Below are positions 35,271-35,518 of a stretch of 35,518 nucleotides of DNA, piece after piece (the first letter of the stretch is position 1; each line of letters opens with the position of its first letter). The stretch is taken from NCBI RefSeq assembly GCF_004010195.1, contig NC_057754.1:12830333-12865850 (forward strand). The letters run 5' to 3'. The position numbers were made by a program, and so were the translations under genes. The notes beneath the pieces are model-generated. The model saw only the letters and a program-made list of their open reading frames with translations, did not search any database and was not told the origin of the DNA. The DNA is from Chiloscyllium plagiosum (Eukaryota).

Positions 35271-35518
35271 ACGTAGTGAGGAAAAGGGAGGCTTGGATTT
35301 GTGAATAGTTGTTGTTTAGTCTGCACTGTATAAGTTCGGAAACTAAATTGTTACTTGTCTTGAAATACTGGAATGTAGGAGTTCTCTGCCGCTCATGTTT
35401 CATCAGATTAAGAGACGAAGCGAGCTTTTGTGGATGTTTGATTTAATTAACATCGAGGTTCGACCTCCGTGTCGTAAATGTCCATCCACGCTCACCCCAT
35501 TTCCTTGCAGTTGGTCGA

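Overview
Vertebrate genomic DNA, most likely from a shark or other cartilaginous fish (inferred from HE1-type SINEs, CR1/HER1-type LINE tails and Penelope-like tails). The window is almost entirely nested, decayed retroelements. These are about 12 CR1-clade LINE pieces (one near-intact 5' end), two Gmr1-like Gypsy LTR-retrotransposon remnants (integrase upstream of RNase H), a near full-length decayed L1, tRNA-derived SINEs, and Penelope-like tails with minimal hammerhead-ribozyme motifs. There is also a small endogenous retrovirus (LTR, tRNA-Ser-like PBS, gamma-type env, PPT, LTR) with no recognisable pol. It sits between a Gypsy integrase and a Gypsy LTR remnant. Apparently unique islands include a CpG-rich promoter-like stretch (~22.1-22.4 kb) and a few candidate exons. 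I recognise no intact host gene. There is a 538-nt N gap. I see no clear novel multi-gene system; the best leads are the env-retaining ERV/Gypsy composite and the ribozyme-bearing mini-insertions. All alignments were done by eye.
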